In this document: one piece after another, positions 36,301 through 44,568 of the stretch
Position numbering within the stretch: position 1 is the stretch's first letter
How the letters are laid out: each line of letters opens with the position of its first letter
Virus record (IMG/VR): IMGVR_UViG_3300045971_000674
Span: 1-45,229 of that record
Origin: a virus
Direction: 5' to 3' (one strand)
Length of the DNA: 45,229 nt
Position numbers and translations under genes: made by a program
The notes under the pieces: model-generated
The model's input: the letters and a program-made list of their open reading frames with translations, nothing else
The model's database searches: none
Told to the model about the DNA's origin: nothing

Positions 36301-39300
36301 GACACCCTTCAGCAGTTCACGCAGCTTCAGTTCGATGCTGCTCCTGCAACTGAGCTGAACAACTTCACGCAGATCAACCGCTTCATGGAAGACCGTTGGT
36401 TCTCCATCGATGACCTAGATCAAGACGCCTACTTCAAGGCAGAGCAGGTTGGTCAGCTGACGTACACTGCAACCACCACCGAACTGATCACACTGCCATT
36501 CATCGCTGACAAGCTTGTCATCACTGGCCCAGCCACGCAGGTGAATGCAACATCGCTGAGCATCACCGCACCTGGCACGATCACGGTTACGGGCTACGGT
36601 CCAGCCACACCACGCTACAACCCAGTCAAGCTGTTCAACTACGTGGCTGAGGAACTGGTGGAAGAGATTCCGATGTGGCACCCAGCCGTGGGTCAACACA
36701 CACCGACGGCTCTCGAAGCCATCAATGTCATCGGCCCTCTGGATCCAGCTCGCTACAACTACTCGACCTTGGTCGCTGACAACAACTCCTACGATCCGCT
36801 TCGTGCTTGGGGCGACAAGGAACTTGGCCGCGTTTGGTTCGACACACGCAAGCTCGACTACATTCCGTACTACGACACCACCATCTTCACGAGCCGTGCA
36901 GAACGCCTGTCACGTTGGGGTGCCCGTGCTGACTATGCCACCATCGACATCTACGAATGGGTGAAGTCATCGGTGCCGCCGTCTGAATACGCAGCTTTGG
37001 CCAAGGTCGAAGCCCTCGATGCTGACATCGCAGCTGCCAACAAGGCGAGCGGCGAAGTGGCTCTGCAGGAAACGTACTCGCGTGACCGCATCTGGAGCGT
37101 TCGCCCAATTGCCTGGTCACAGTCAGGCACTGTCACGGGTGGTCATCCGGCCTTTGGTGAATCCTACAGCTCGACAAACACTCGCCTCTACATCGGTCCA
37201 GGCAACACGTACTCGATCGCAGTGGCTGATGGTGCTGGCCAAACTGGTCTTGGCACATTCTCCGGCCAAGGTATCACCGTCGGCATGCACATCGGTGCAT
37301 GGGATCCTGACACCAACGGTCAGCGTGCAATCTCTGAGGCCGTCATCACTGGCTTCACGAAGCGGATTCTGTATGACGGAGATCTGAGCGGTGTGGTTCC
37401 ATCTAGCATCATCACGAGCACCGTGCCAGGCATCTGCTCAGTCACTCTCAATGAGTACACTCAGCAGTATGGTCAGTTGATCTTCGTGCCAGAACCTGTC
37501 TCAGCTTCGGCCATCGTTGATGCTAATGGTGCGCCAGTCGGCTACACTTTCAACATCGCCCTGCGAGTCACTGACTTCAACACTGGCGTCTCTGAGGTTC
37601 TCGAACTCTCGAATGAGTTTGCCACCATCGTAACTCCAGGCGTGATCCCGAATCTGCCTAACATGGAGCTAGTGGCCGGCCAACAGTACACATTCACTGC
37701 GTTCGGCTTGAAGATCGTCTTCACTGTTGGCACAACAGGCACCTACTCGCCCGTAACCGTCGGTGTGAACACCTACTCGCCAGTTCAGTACGCCCTGTGG
37801 CATGCACTCAGCACTCACATCGAGGTGTGGGATTCCTGTATCGTTGAGCACATCGTCGAGAAGACCATTCCAGGAATCCGTTACTTGACCAACAACGTTG
37901 ATGATCTCGGCTTTGCTGCAGCGGGGTACAATGGTTGGGCAGCTTGGACAGTTCCAACTCAGGCTCAGCTCGATGCTGATGGTAAGCAACCGAAGTCTGT
38001 GTGGAAGCCATACCCTGGACTGTGGACTCAATTCTGGCCAGATGACGTGCAGCTTGCTGCTGCCGTGGCCTATGAAGCTGCACCTCTAACTCTCAATGAC
38101 GGCACTACCATCTCTCGTTACTCCACCACGTGGACTGACTGGGTGGTGTTGACTGACATCAAACCAACCGACAAGTTGGACACCAAGGTCCAAACTGCAA
38201 CCGGTAACGTCGTCTTCACATACGACGATAACGTAGACTCAACACGCACAACCATCTACATCAATGGAATTGCACAGCTGAAATCCGCTTACAACATTGT
38301 GGGAACCGAGATCACGGTCTACAGTGTTCTTCGTGGCCACGTAGTAACGGTGGTCGTGCGCAAGTACAGCCCCACGGCCGACGAACTGAGCTTTGACCCC
38401 ACAGTGAAGGACGATCTGACCTTCCAACAACAATTCAAGGTCGACTATGAGTACGTATCAGTGCCTGTTCGTGATAGCGAAGGCTCGCTTGCTACAACAA
38501 ACTACTACTTCTGGGTCAAGAACAGAACAGTCCCAGCAGGCGGCAAGAAGCTCTCAACCTCTTCTATTGCCCAATCCCTCAAGGACGGTCCTCCCAGCTA
38601 TCTGACGTTCCAGACACTGGACGCTGGCATGATCGGATCGGGCAGCACCTCGGATCCGTACCGCTACGATGCCATCACCCTATCAGGTCTTTCATATCTC
38701 GTCACCAAGAACGACACGTTCAAGCTGCGCTTCACCCGCAATTTCACGCTGCGTGACGATCCGCTGGAGCTCGACCTGAAGAACACCCATACAGAATGGG
38801 GTCTCATTCGTTCTGGTCAGAAGGCCCGTGTTCCTGAGTTCCTGTGGACGAAGCTGACTGACAGCATGGCTGGCCAAGATGCTGCTGGCAATACGGTTCC
38901 ATCTCTTCGGCGCGCACTCTACGATGAACGCACCGGTAGCTTCACGTCGTTTGGTTTTGGACCTGAACAGACGCTTGCTCCGGCCGATTTGCTCAGGTTG
39001 TCAGTTGCTCATACGATCCTAAATACTCGACTTACGGTTACGAGCAACTCTGCAGTGGTCCCTGACTTCATCTCCTTCCTCGATACGTCTTACGGCAGCA
39101 CCGAAGAAGCAGCGCTGGCTTGGTTCCCGAATGCACCGGCAGTTCGCAACATCATGGCTCAGATCTGGAACCAAGCAAAGACGTCTCAAGTCAATGAGCT
39201 CTTCTTTGCCGCCCTTGAAGATGTGCTCGCCTCCAATTTGGAGATGACGGACATCTTCAAGACATCTCGTCTGTCAGCCTACTCCATTCGCACCGTCACA

Positions 39301-39330
39301 GAGACTGCATCGGTACCGACCTATGAGTAA
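30373..39330 (+). CDS. Giant baseplate/virion structural protein (2985 aa, gp7-like position)
   Basis: Uninterrupted ORF after gp6. It has PPIDFDKFTNFFNYYW and IDEYWAYKIAEYG motifs of the kind seen in giant jumbo-myophage baseplate proteins, plus many beta-rich inserted repeats. Confidence 0.8.
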   Translation: MAQKLDYARPYNNLTQYVPQKLRNMVNFGLFDNLFNRFMTRDESVPFYGYVGRKPSNPEDKSPAIYQPTVERDVNAVIPVLNFKQGSETVAFTVQDLLNKAKVLGMDTNDLSWLYAQANNFRPPIDFDKFTNFFNYYWIGASLQPDTAWNPTWQPEYYIIAKPQASDLDKMNVMAATISGQNIVLTGTGFLDQTFTITFTDALNFTVTSSVESGNTQPGPSGTYTPLTHNFALPAQPGTVSAIDLVDTFEYKVTGFDGVKTLVTFKITRSPAYNEFNAQTGWTACVAGDKFTVATTMMSSNYNVTFIGSAGVKPSISGVTTLKTFQNIDGYIPEVGDRVLIKNQSNGAENGIYVVGRQAWARAEDFNSSTWSGGAKTFDRHRSVLWVSTQTGPTTFSWTSTAGDSNTNDWQEGNFWIKGEELINYNLDRASVQQAVRPIIEYASNLQLNSHVSNVGAPAETGFYFKQVKTEFNQLPLFDLFRYDGTHAGIVSSIFYYVEDLTANLDVALQKRVKISTNDSADFVFNHGCADAAGNLLFFKRDGSLHTVWHAGYLGPEVIDTMLVGTGNGTITALTAADNTQQQVWTVTADTASTFTVTGSKLATLPSAASHSVAGAPYDNGEIGFTITSGSTPFSVGDTFVIRVGNMERPRYVFRAADTSIQDLYGGAVADTANVGAHLVSRTFYNNPYNDSRAEILEGSLYTHFRSVLANEIAGLPLDYAFGGNIKLWSEQHTLLASLLMQKDLTPISLIDMAKRQYDNGLNSLRDLYITHIVDYFSTTQVVSYDGSPDQSAKTAALLDALLALRAKDNDSRLVLFDTTAACVGFPITLPQLGLAPLVEPAVRFDRILNQDVLVHHDGHLSSLVAETNDFRGRILGGYVGKPVKRSDGTSTPAIGSSTWIPPINPYKGELWLRPSETALPDLLAFDVTYDTVATPPATPAGLLWYNRTTGILSQSTGSTWVALPSKDIAWKTVNLADTLNEIIYQTEHRLYHGINPNQRRFDFADPVLSADPVFKSELQRELFTFASLNNLDPLGTNYTAADAFTWNYAQATFFAPVNTATIPGRWYKALMAHQATIAGVIPTERPDMEPWKLFGFSTYAAWKASPQWFASYEAAVSAESLYDPTYVDSGSVKVVAVDSIGSLAGLQVVDGISLQSGDRVLVQNEAVSANNGIYLASTGAWTRTTALVQKMFVRVLGGARYSDTLWYLSAAVPSVGVSPVLFQQVRQWSTTMWTSLMLSKPALKLSVNPWSDLLLPPYVASSALTSSFALTNVIPTGVALPYDFGGGSPVEEVWERSIEYRYALVKALLRFDPLAALGFAWGFNWVEVDNILYDGYDINLPGHKRFRLHGDAVTMVDRTGALTIGTISGPAAIDIMLTYDAYTATRAQSFGVRTVDGTLLGSIQEGGAWNFNSSIVNITNIRIEDFGQPFHIGDSFHITATTAGSDLVVTFVPAPTHRILGLGQTFTNALREMSVDSKSSYANAAFRDWDVNMGYRAGSLVVTDDLNVFNENETLNPSSYNLILKKNAIAADHWIQALRVTVFQTGNFALNESTKVGDAYRGSISNRPKDDASDWVFRIEGYNPRYNDISYYGLQNIASGMAFPGAAPIGQRFFRHDTGELYTFSGTSWDVTSSSDLMTFNVLDQSNTTLTWYQSTVRTGVITTGLPITITGVQNLLNFLFGYAQYLEDAGWRFNTNNEFNIDALTGRRRNFQLEIEKAVHSIFGGISVGLGAIINPFIDRVWFEQKAGMMSEFTDTAIFDITGDTGVFDILGMRFRTADLRPVRGNATSSIASIGPMYSAHIQLDEFEHLFVFNDYVNESTQSGLLYDAFSGSRAVTYKFNGRKQGNTNLRLEFGGHYIVGHEVRQNLQLSTDNLARVYDADYAFENTTTSKHALALLGFSTKDYFNNLDITDKTQFNFWRGLIHSKGTNMSIDAYLNSNRFQEAKIDEYWAYKIAEYGDSRQNSYPEMRLQVSDTLQQFTQLQFDAAPATELNNFTQINRFMEDRWFSIDDLDQDAYFKAEQVGQLTYTATTTELITLPFIADKLVITGPATQVNATSLSITAPGTITVTGYGPATPRYNPVKLFNYVAEELVEEIPMWHPAVGQHTPTALEAINVIGPLDPARYNYSTLVADNNSYDPLRAWGDKELGRVWFDTRKLDYIPYYDTTIFTSRAERLSRWGARADYATIDIYEWVKSSVPPSEYAALAKVEALDADIAAANKASGEVALQETYSRDRIWSVRPIAWSQSGTVTGGHPAFGESYSSTNTRLYIGPGNTYSIAVADGAGQTGLGTFSGQGITVGMHIGAWDPDTNGQRAISEAVITGFTKRILYDGDLSGVVPSSIITSTVPGICSVTLNEYTQQYGQLIFVPEPVSASAIVDANGAPVGYTFNIALRVTDFNTGVSEVLELSNEFATIVTPGVIPNLPNMELVAGQQYTFTAFGLKIVFTVGTTGTYSPVTVGVNTYSPVQYALWHALSTHIEVWDSCIVEHIVEKTIPGIRYLTNNVDDLGFAAAGYNGWAAWTVPTQAQLDADGKQPKSVWKPYPGLWTQFWPDDVQLAAAVAYEAAPLTLNDGTTISRYSTTWTDWVVLTDIKPTDKLDTKVQTATGNVVFTYDDNVDSTRTTIYINGIAQLKSAYNIVGTEITVYSVLRGHVVTVVVRKYSPTADELSFDPTVKDDLTFQQQFKVDYEYVSVPVRDSEGSLATTNYYFWVKNRTVPAGGKKLSTSSIAQSLKDGPPSYLTFQTLDAGMIGSGSTSDPYRYDAITLSGLSYLVTKNDTFKLRFTRNFTLRDDPLELDLKNTHTEWGLIRSGQKARVPEFLWTKLTDSMAGQDAAGNTVPSLRRALYDERTGSFTSFGFGPEQTLAPADLLRLSVAHTILNTRLTVTSNSAVVPDFISFLDTSYGSTEEAALAWFPNAPAVRNIMAQIWNQAKTSQVNELFFAALEDVLASNLEMTDIFKTSRLSAYSIRTVTETASVPTYE

Positions 39331-42300
39331 CCCGCTCAACAAGTCTTCCCAGTACGTTCAGTCGCTGGTCGACTACATCGCCGACACCAAGCCATACCAC
39401 TCGAAGCTCACCGAGATTGTCGAGGAGTACCAGTTTGCGGAGACGATGCGCGTCAAGATCACCGAGATCACCTCCATGCCAATCATGCAGAAGGCTGCAT
39501 GGCGATACGACTTCTTCTCTGGCGGCAATTCGACCTATCGCACCATGCTGGGCAAGCAGGTGCTGTCTCCTGACTTCCTACGCACCTACACGAACAATAC
39601 GGCTGATGGCGCCTTCAAGGCGTTCCGTGACGAGAACACCGACATGGGTCTGGTGCCGTTCGTCTTCAACAAGAAGCAGTTCGATGGTCTGGGCATTGCT
39701 GATGGTCGCATCGAGCTGAACGGAACTGACATCATTCCGTACACCGATGGTCATGACTTCTTCCACAACTACGGTTCGTTGGAATTCCAGGTCAAGCGCA
39801 TCAATGACATCAACGGTCTGAACCCAGCCTGGACAGAAACAAACCTCGATGGGATCATTGCCACTGCTACACTGAATACGACGGCTCTTGAATCGGATCT
39901 GAGCCGTCCACAGAGCGCTGTGAATAAGCTCATTGAATTCTTCACTGGCATTCAGCAGCACATCACGTCCCCAGTGTATGCTCGACCGAGCGATGCGAAC
40001 TGGGTAGATGCTGTTGCTGCTTGTGCTTCTCTGTTGACCACTCTAAGCACAGAAACCCCTCCGGGCTCGCAAGTAGGCACCATTCCAAATCCATACACAA
40101 TTGACAACACGGGCTACGTGTTGGTTGGTGAGTATGAACGCATTCTCTACGGTGCAAGCAAAGCGCTGCCAGCAATCCCGGCTCCACCTAATTATCAAGG
40201 GTGGATTGGCAACGATACTGGCGGCAGTTACGTTGACGAAGTTCTGGCCAATCTGCTTCCGCCACTCCTCTTCAATGCTCACAACGACATCAATCTCTAT
40301 GAGAGCGGTGTGTTGTGGTACGATGACGTTTCGATTCCATCGCTGCAGGTCCGCAACATAATCGCAAATCCTGCAGCAACAGTCTATGACGAATGGACTA
40401 TTCGTTGCGTCTCTTCAACCCCATCCCTATGGGAAGTCTCTACAACCCAAGCTGGCATTGTTGGTGGATTTGAGAGCGGCAGCAACTTCAGCAGTCCAGG
40501 ATTTAGTTTCGAAAGTGTGGCATTGGCAACGCCGAATGTCGGCGAAACTCTTGTCCTAACTCCACGCAACAAGATTAGCATTCATCAGAGCGCCAACCTT
40601 GAGCGGTGGAACGTCATCAAGACTGATCCAATCTCCTACACTCGGCCAGTCTTCACCTCCACCCGTTACGGTCACATTCAGAACCTCAGCGGTTCTGTCG
40701 GCACCATCGATCTGTTAGACGACACCCTGCCATCAGGCACTGTCGTTCTTACTGCCACATCGCCAACCACGTTCTCGGTGACGCATACTTCAGATGTCCT
40801 GAGCGGAAGTGCCACAGTCGGTATCGCCTACTCTGACAAGGTTGGCTTCGTGATCGTAGCAGGATCTGTGCAATCCTTCGTAGCAGGTGACCGCTTCCTG
40901 ATCGAGATCGTCAATGGCCCAGCAAAGCCTGTTGATTTCGATCTCTACTACGGCTATGATCTAGATAGTTACGACAATGCGCTGCTCGAGTATGACGTGC
41001 CGGCTGGCCAAGCGCTAGATTTCAAGTACGATAGTCGGTTCACGGACTATGATTTGACATTGATGCTGCTGACCACTACACAAGCAGCGCATGATGGTCG
41101 GGTCTTTAGGTTGATGGCTGAACCAACCGGGGCAGTCATTAACACTGTGGCGCCACCCGGTGAACCACCGCTTGATGCTTCACTCACGCTGCACCGGTCA
41201 ACCAGCTTTCGGCTTGAGTATTCGGACAATGGTTTCCAAACCAAAACGGTAGTTGCTAACGTTCCCGTGGGCGGTACCTTTAGCGATGCTGCATTGGGCA
41301 TCTCCTTCACACTGCCGGCTGCAAGCAAGGCCTTCATCTCTGCATCCTCAGCCGACAGTGTTACTGGTGGTGACGTGTTCTCATGGCGCATTTCGAACCC
41401 GCCGCCAGCCATCACCTCCCTTCCCGTTGGCCTGATGGGCGCAACAGTTCCTCGCCTCGTGATGTACGGTGGTTCCTACTGGCGTTCCGCGCCTGCAGAT
41501 TGGACCATCACCTTCTCTGCATCATCCACGTACACAATCACCGGTTACTACACGACTGGTGCCCTCTACGGCACGCTGGTTCCAGGCTACACAACACCGA
41601 TCACGTTGGCTGATGGTGCCACCTATCGTGACGACAACCTTCACTTCACGGTGAAGCCAGGTCGTGGTCTCGGATCCGGTGACACGTTCACCCTCTCGAC
41701 ACTACGCCAGCACCCATCATTCATGGTCCATGGCTCAGTGACGGGCTGGACACCGAATGCTGAGTACGGCAAGTGGTACTGGAACGGCAGCATTGGTTTC
41801 AAGATTCACCCATCGATCATCAGGATCTTTGCAACCTCTGACACGAAGCAGTTCAAGAAGGTCAACGTCTATTGGCAGCGTGATCCAGTTCCAACGGGCC
41901 ACATTCAAGAAGTCTTTGTGCGTCCCGATACACCAGCGCTGGTGTACACTTTTGCTCGCACCACTGGGCGCACAACTGCTCCAATCACCGCTGGCGGTTG
42001 GATGGTGTCTCGCTCTGACATGGGTGTTGTGGGCTTTGTTGCCTACAACGGCACCTTCAAGGACGAGTACATCGAGTTGGCTATCACTGACGTGCATGAG
42101 GACTTCCATGTCCATGCCATCCCTGACACGCTCGATTTCTGGAATGCGCAAGACACGGTCGTCGTGCGTTCCAACTTCACGGTGCTGAACCCAACTGCTT
42201 CTGACTTCGTCTCATTCGTGAAGACAGAGATGGGCACGCTGCGCTTGAGCCTGAACTACCAAGGTGTGCAGTCCGTTCCAGACATTGCCTCACTGTACCC

Positions 42301-43879
42301 AATTGCGATCGACACCCAGTTCATCGACATTGACACACACTCCAGCATCGCACTGGCTCGCACTTCACCAGAAGTAGCATTGCTTGATACATGGCTGCCG
42401 ACTTATCTGGTGAAGCGTGACACAGCCACTTCTGTTGCCGAGTTCCCAGATGCCACTGCCTACTTCGATGTTCGCAGTGCTGCAACTGGCCAGTTGATCG
42501 GTACCCTGAAGCCGCTCAACACCGTGCTGCAAGAACCAACTGTGCTGGAGTTCGACAGCGGCTTCTTCACCACCTATCTGCCGCTCAATGCCAAGGCGCA
42601 CTTGGTCACGTACGGCACAGGCCTTGATGACAACGTCTCTGTGAACATCACCGAGCGGATCGCCTTCCTCTTCAGTGGCGACGTACTGTTCGAGAACGCA
42701 ATGTTCAAGGACAGCATCAACGTCACGATCATCGACACCGAACAACTTGGTGCTACGTCGTTCTCGGCGATCAACGATCCTCTCCAAGGTAGCAACACTA
42801 TCCTGGTGCCGGCTGCTTTCAATCCGCTAACCAACATCCTGAACCCAGGCGATGGCGTCTTCACTCCTGGTTCTTGGCGCTTCCGTTTGACTCCATCGCA
42901 TGATGTGACCATCAACACGGCTGTTGCTGATGGCCCGTTCGGCGGCTTCATGGCTGGCTACGACAACTTGCCGTACGATGCCGAAGATGTTATCGGCATC
43001 GATTCTATCATGTCACAGTTGAGCGTAGATAATGCGGCACAACTCCAGTTGATGAACGCCGCTCTCATTGTTGCTGGCTTGATGAATGCTGACAATGAAG
43101 ACCCTCTGCGCCTTGCAATTACTCAGCCATACTATGCACAGATTCAAATCAATGCAGATACCGCTCACGCCCAAATCACCGCATTGGTGGAAGCAGCACA
43201 AGGTGCGTACGACACCGGGTATCCGCTTGTCGATCAGTTCTTCCGTGCGCAATATCTTGCCACCCTTGGCACACCAACTACGACCGAGGCAAGTGAACTC
43301 TCGGTTCTGACCAGCCAACTTCAGTCCTATCTCCAACCTGCAGGTCTTGCAGCCACCAGTCTCGCTCAGTTCTTGGGCGCACTGGACTCGGTAGGTTTCG
43401 CTACGGGTGGCACAGCACCAGGCTTCGGCTTCCCGATCGTTGGCCATGCCACTGACATCAGCCAGGGTGAAACAGAACCGGTCTCCCATGCATCGATGTC
43501 AGAAGCCTTCTCCGTGCAGGTTGCTGACACTGCTGGTACTATGGACAGCTTTGGTGGTGGCTTCGACAGCACTCCGCTTGATGCGTATGGCGAACGAACC
43601 GCCTTGCTTTTCAGCATGTCTCTCCCTCCAGTTCCAGCCGGTGCTATTCCGCCTACTTGGGCTGATTTCATCACTCCCCTAGAAGTAAGCGGTGTTGGGG
43701 CCCGCATCTTTGAAGTGTCCTTTGCCAACCCGCCAGTCAACATGCCGACCCCCACCTTCAAGATCTGGCGGCCGACTGATCCTGTACCTCTCACCGTCAA
43801 CATCGTTCAAGTGGTGTCTAACGGCCGGTTCCGTTTCAGCTTGCCCAACCTATCGGAAGTTAAAATCGTGGCAACCTGA
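39323..43879 (+). CDS. Large baseplate/virion structural protein (1518 aa)
   Basis: Overlaps the preceding stop. It has an N-terminal LVDYIADTKPYHSKL motif, repeated beta domains and GYD..xYD motifs. Confidence 0.8.
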   Translation: MSNPLNKSSQYVQSLVDYIADTKPYHSKLTEIVEEYQFAETMRVKITEITSMPIMQKAAWRYDFFSGGNSTYRTMLGKQVLSPDFLRTYTNNTADGAFKAFRDENTDMGLVPFVFNKKQFDGLGIADGRIELNGTDIIPYTDGHDFFHNYGSLEFQVKRINDINGLNPAWTETNLDGIIATATLNTTALESDLSRPQSAVNKLIEFFTGIQQHITSPVYARPSDANWVDAVAACASLLTTLSTETPPGSQVGTIPNPYTIDNTGYVLVGEYERILYGASKALPAIPAPPNYQGWIGNDTGGSYVDEVLANLLPPLLFNAHNDINLYESGVLWYDDVSIPSLQVRNIIANPAATVYDEWTIRCVSSTPSLWEVSTTQAGIVGGFESGSNFSSPGFSFESVALATPNVGETLVLTPRNKISIHQSANLERWNVIKTDPISYTRPVFTSTRYGHIQNLSGSVGTIDLLDDTLPSGTVVLTATSPTTFSVTHTSDVLSGSATVGIAYSDKVGFVIVAGSVQSFVAGDRFLIEIVNGPAKPVDFDLYYGYDLDSYDNALLEYDVPAGQALDFKYDSRFTDYDLTLMLLTTTQAAHDGRVFRLMAEPTGAVINTVAPPGEPPLDASLTLHRSTSFRLEYSDNGFQTKTVVANVPVGGTFSDAALGISFTLPAASKAFISASSADSVTGGDVFSWRISNPPPAITSLPVGLMGATVPRLVMYGGSYWRSAPADWTITFSASSTYTITGYYTTGALYGTLVPGYTTPITLADGATYRDDNLHFTVKPGRGLGSGDTFTLSTLRQHPSFMVHGSVTGWTPNAEYGKWYWNGSIGFKIHPSIIRIFATSDTKQFKKVNVYWQRDPVPTGHIQEVFVRPDTPALVYTFARTTGRTTAPITAGGWMVSRSDMGVVGFVAYNGTFKDEYIELAITDVHEDFHVHAIPDTLDFWNAQDTVVVRSNFTVLNPTASDFVSFVKTEMGTLRLSLNYQGVQSVPDIASLYPIAIDTQFIDIDTHSSIALARTSPEVALLDTWLPTYLVKRDTATSVAEFPDATAYFDVRSAATGQLIGTLKPLNTVLQEPTVLEFDSGFFTTYLPLNAKAHLVTYGTGLDDNVSVNITERIAFLFSGDVLFENAMFKDSINVTIIDTEQLGATSFSAINDPLQGSNTILVPAAFNPLTNILNPGDGVFTPGSWRFRLTPSHDVTINTAVADGPFGGFMAGYDNLPYDAEDVIGIDSIMSQLSVDNAAQLQLMNAALIVAGLMNADNEDPLRLAITQPYYAQIQINADTAHAQITALVEAAQGAYDTGYPLVDQFFRAQYLATLGTPTTTEASELSVLTSQLQSYLQPAGLAATSLAQFLGALDSVGFATGGTAPGFGFPIVGHATDISQGETEPVSHASMSEAFSVQVADTAGTMDSFGGGFDSTPLDAYGERTALLFSMSLPPVPAGAIPPTWADFITPLEVSGVGARIFEVSFANPPVNMPTPTFKIWRPTDPVPLTVNIVQVVSNGRFRFSLPNLSEVKIVAT

Positions 43880-43885
43880 TGCGGG

Positions 43886-43892
43886 ATAAATA
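43886..43892 (+). promoter_or_regulatory. Late promoter ATAAATA
   Basis: GATAAATAGTC upstream of the AAGGA RBS and the ATG at 43921. Confidence 0.7.
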
Positions 43893-43920
43893 GTCTTCAC
43901 AGATCCTCAAGGAATTGAAC

Positions 43921-44559
43921 ATGCAAGAAACTCTCAAGACCGTCATCGCCGGTCATGTCAAGATTACTGATGCCAAGACAGGTGAGGTCCTTGTCGATCA
44001 TCACAACGCCATTCACCCGAAGAACATGGCTACAGCCATCGCTCGGGGTCTGTCGAATGCTCCCAACTTCCAGATCTACAAGATCAAGCTGGGCAACCAA
44101 GGCACGTACATCGACGGCACGCAACAGATCATCTTCCGTCCGCCTGTCACGACTGGCGACACCGCTGACCTGTACAACCCAACCTACGCCGAGATCGTTG
44201 ACGATGCCAACGTAGCAGTTGGTGTTGGCAACAGTGTGACGTTCACGAACATCCCTGCCTCGACGAACACTCGTGTGATCATCACTGCAGTCATCTCCTC
44301 GAACGAAGCCATCAACAACCCGACAGACACTGGCACAGCTGGCCAGATCTCTGGTTCTGGTGGTGGTCTTGGCAATGCTGGTGGCGATACTTTCTTCTTC
44401 GACGAGCTTGGTCTCTTCACGAAGGAAACATCAGGAGCTGATCCTCTCCTGAACGGTGTTGGCGAGCTGATGCTGTCACACCTGATCTTCTCTCCAATCG
44501 AGCACACTGGCAATCGCGAGTTGACCGTGGTCTATAGCTTAACCGTGAGCGTTTCTTAA
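43921..44559 (+). CDS. Baseplate wedge/fibre-attachment protein (gp8-like position)
   Basis: GHVKITD...NAIH..NM...IARGL, FFFDELGLF and LSHLIFSPIEH...RELTVVYSL. The ATG at 43921 is preferred over the TTG at 43915. Confidence 0.65.
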   Translation: MQETLKTVIAGHVKITDAKTGEVLVDHHNAIHPKNMATAIARGLSNAPNFQIYKIKLGNQGTYIDGTQQIIFRPPVTTGDTADLYNPTYAEIVDDANVAVGVGNSVTFTNIPASTNTRVIITAVISSNEAINNPTDTGTAGQISGSGGGLGNAGGDTFFFDELGLFTKETSGADPLLNGVGELMLSHLIFSPIEHTGNRELTVVYSLTVSVS

Positions 44560-44568
44560 GGATCGTTG

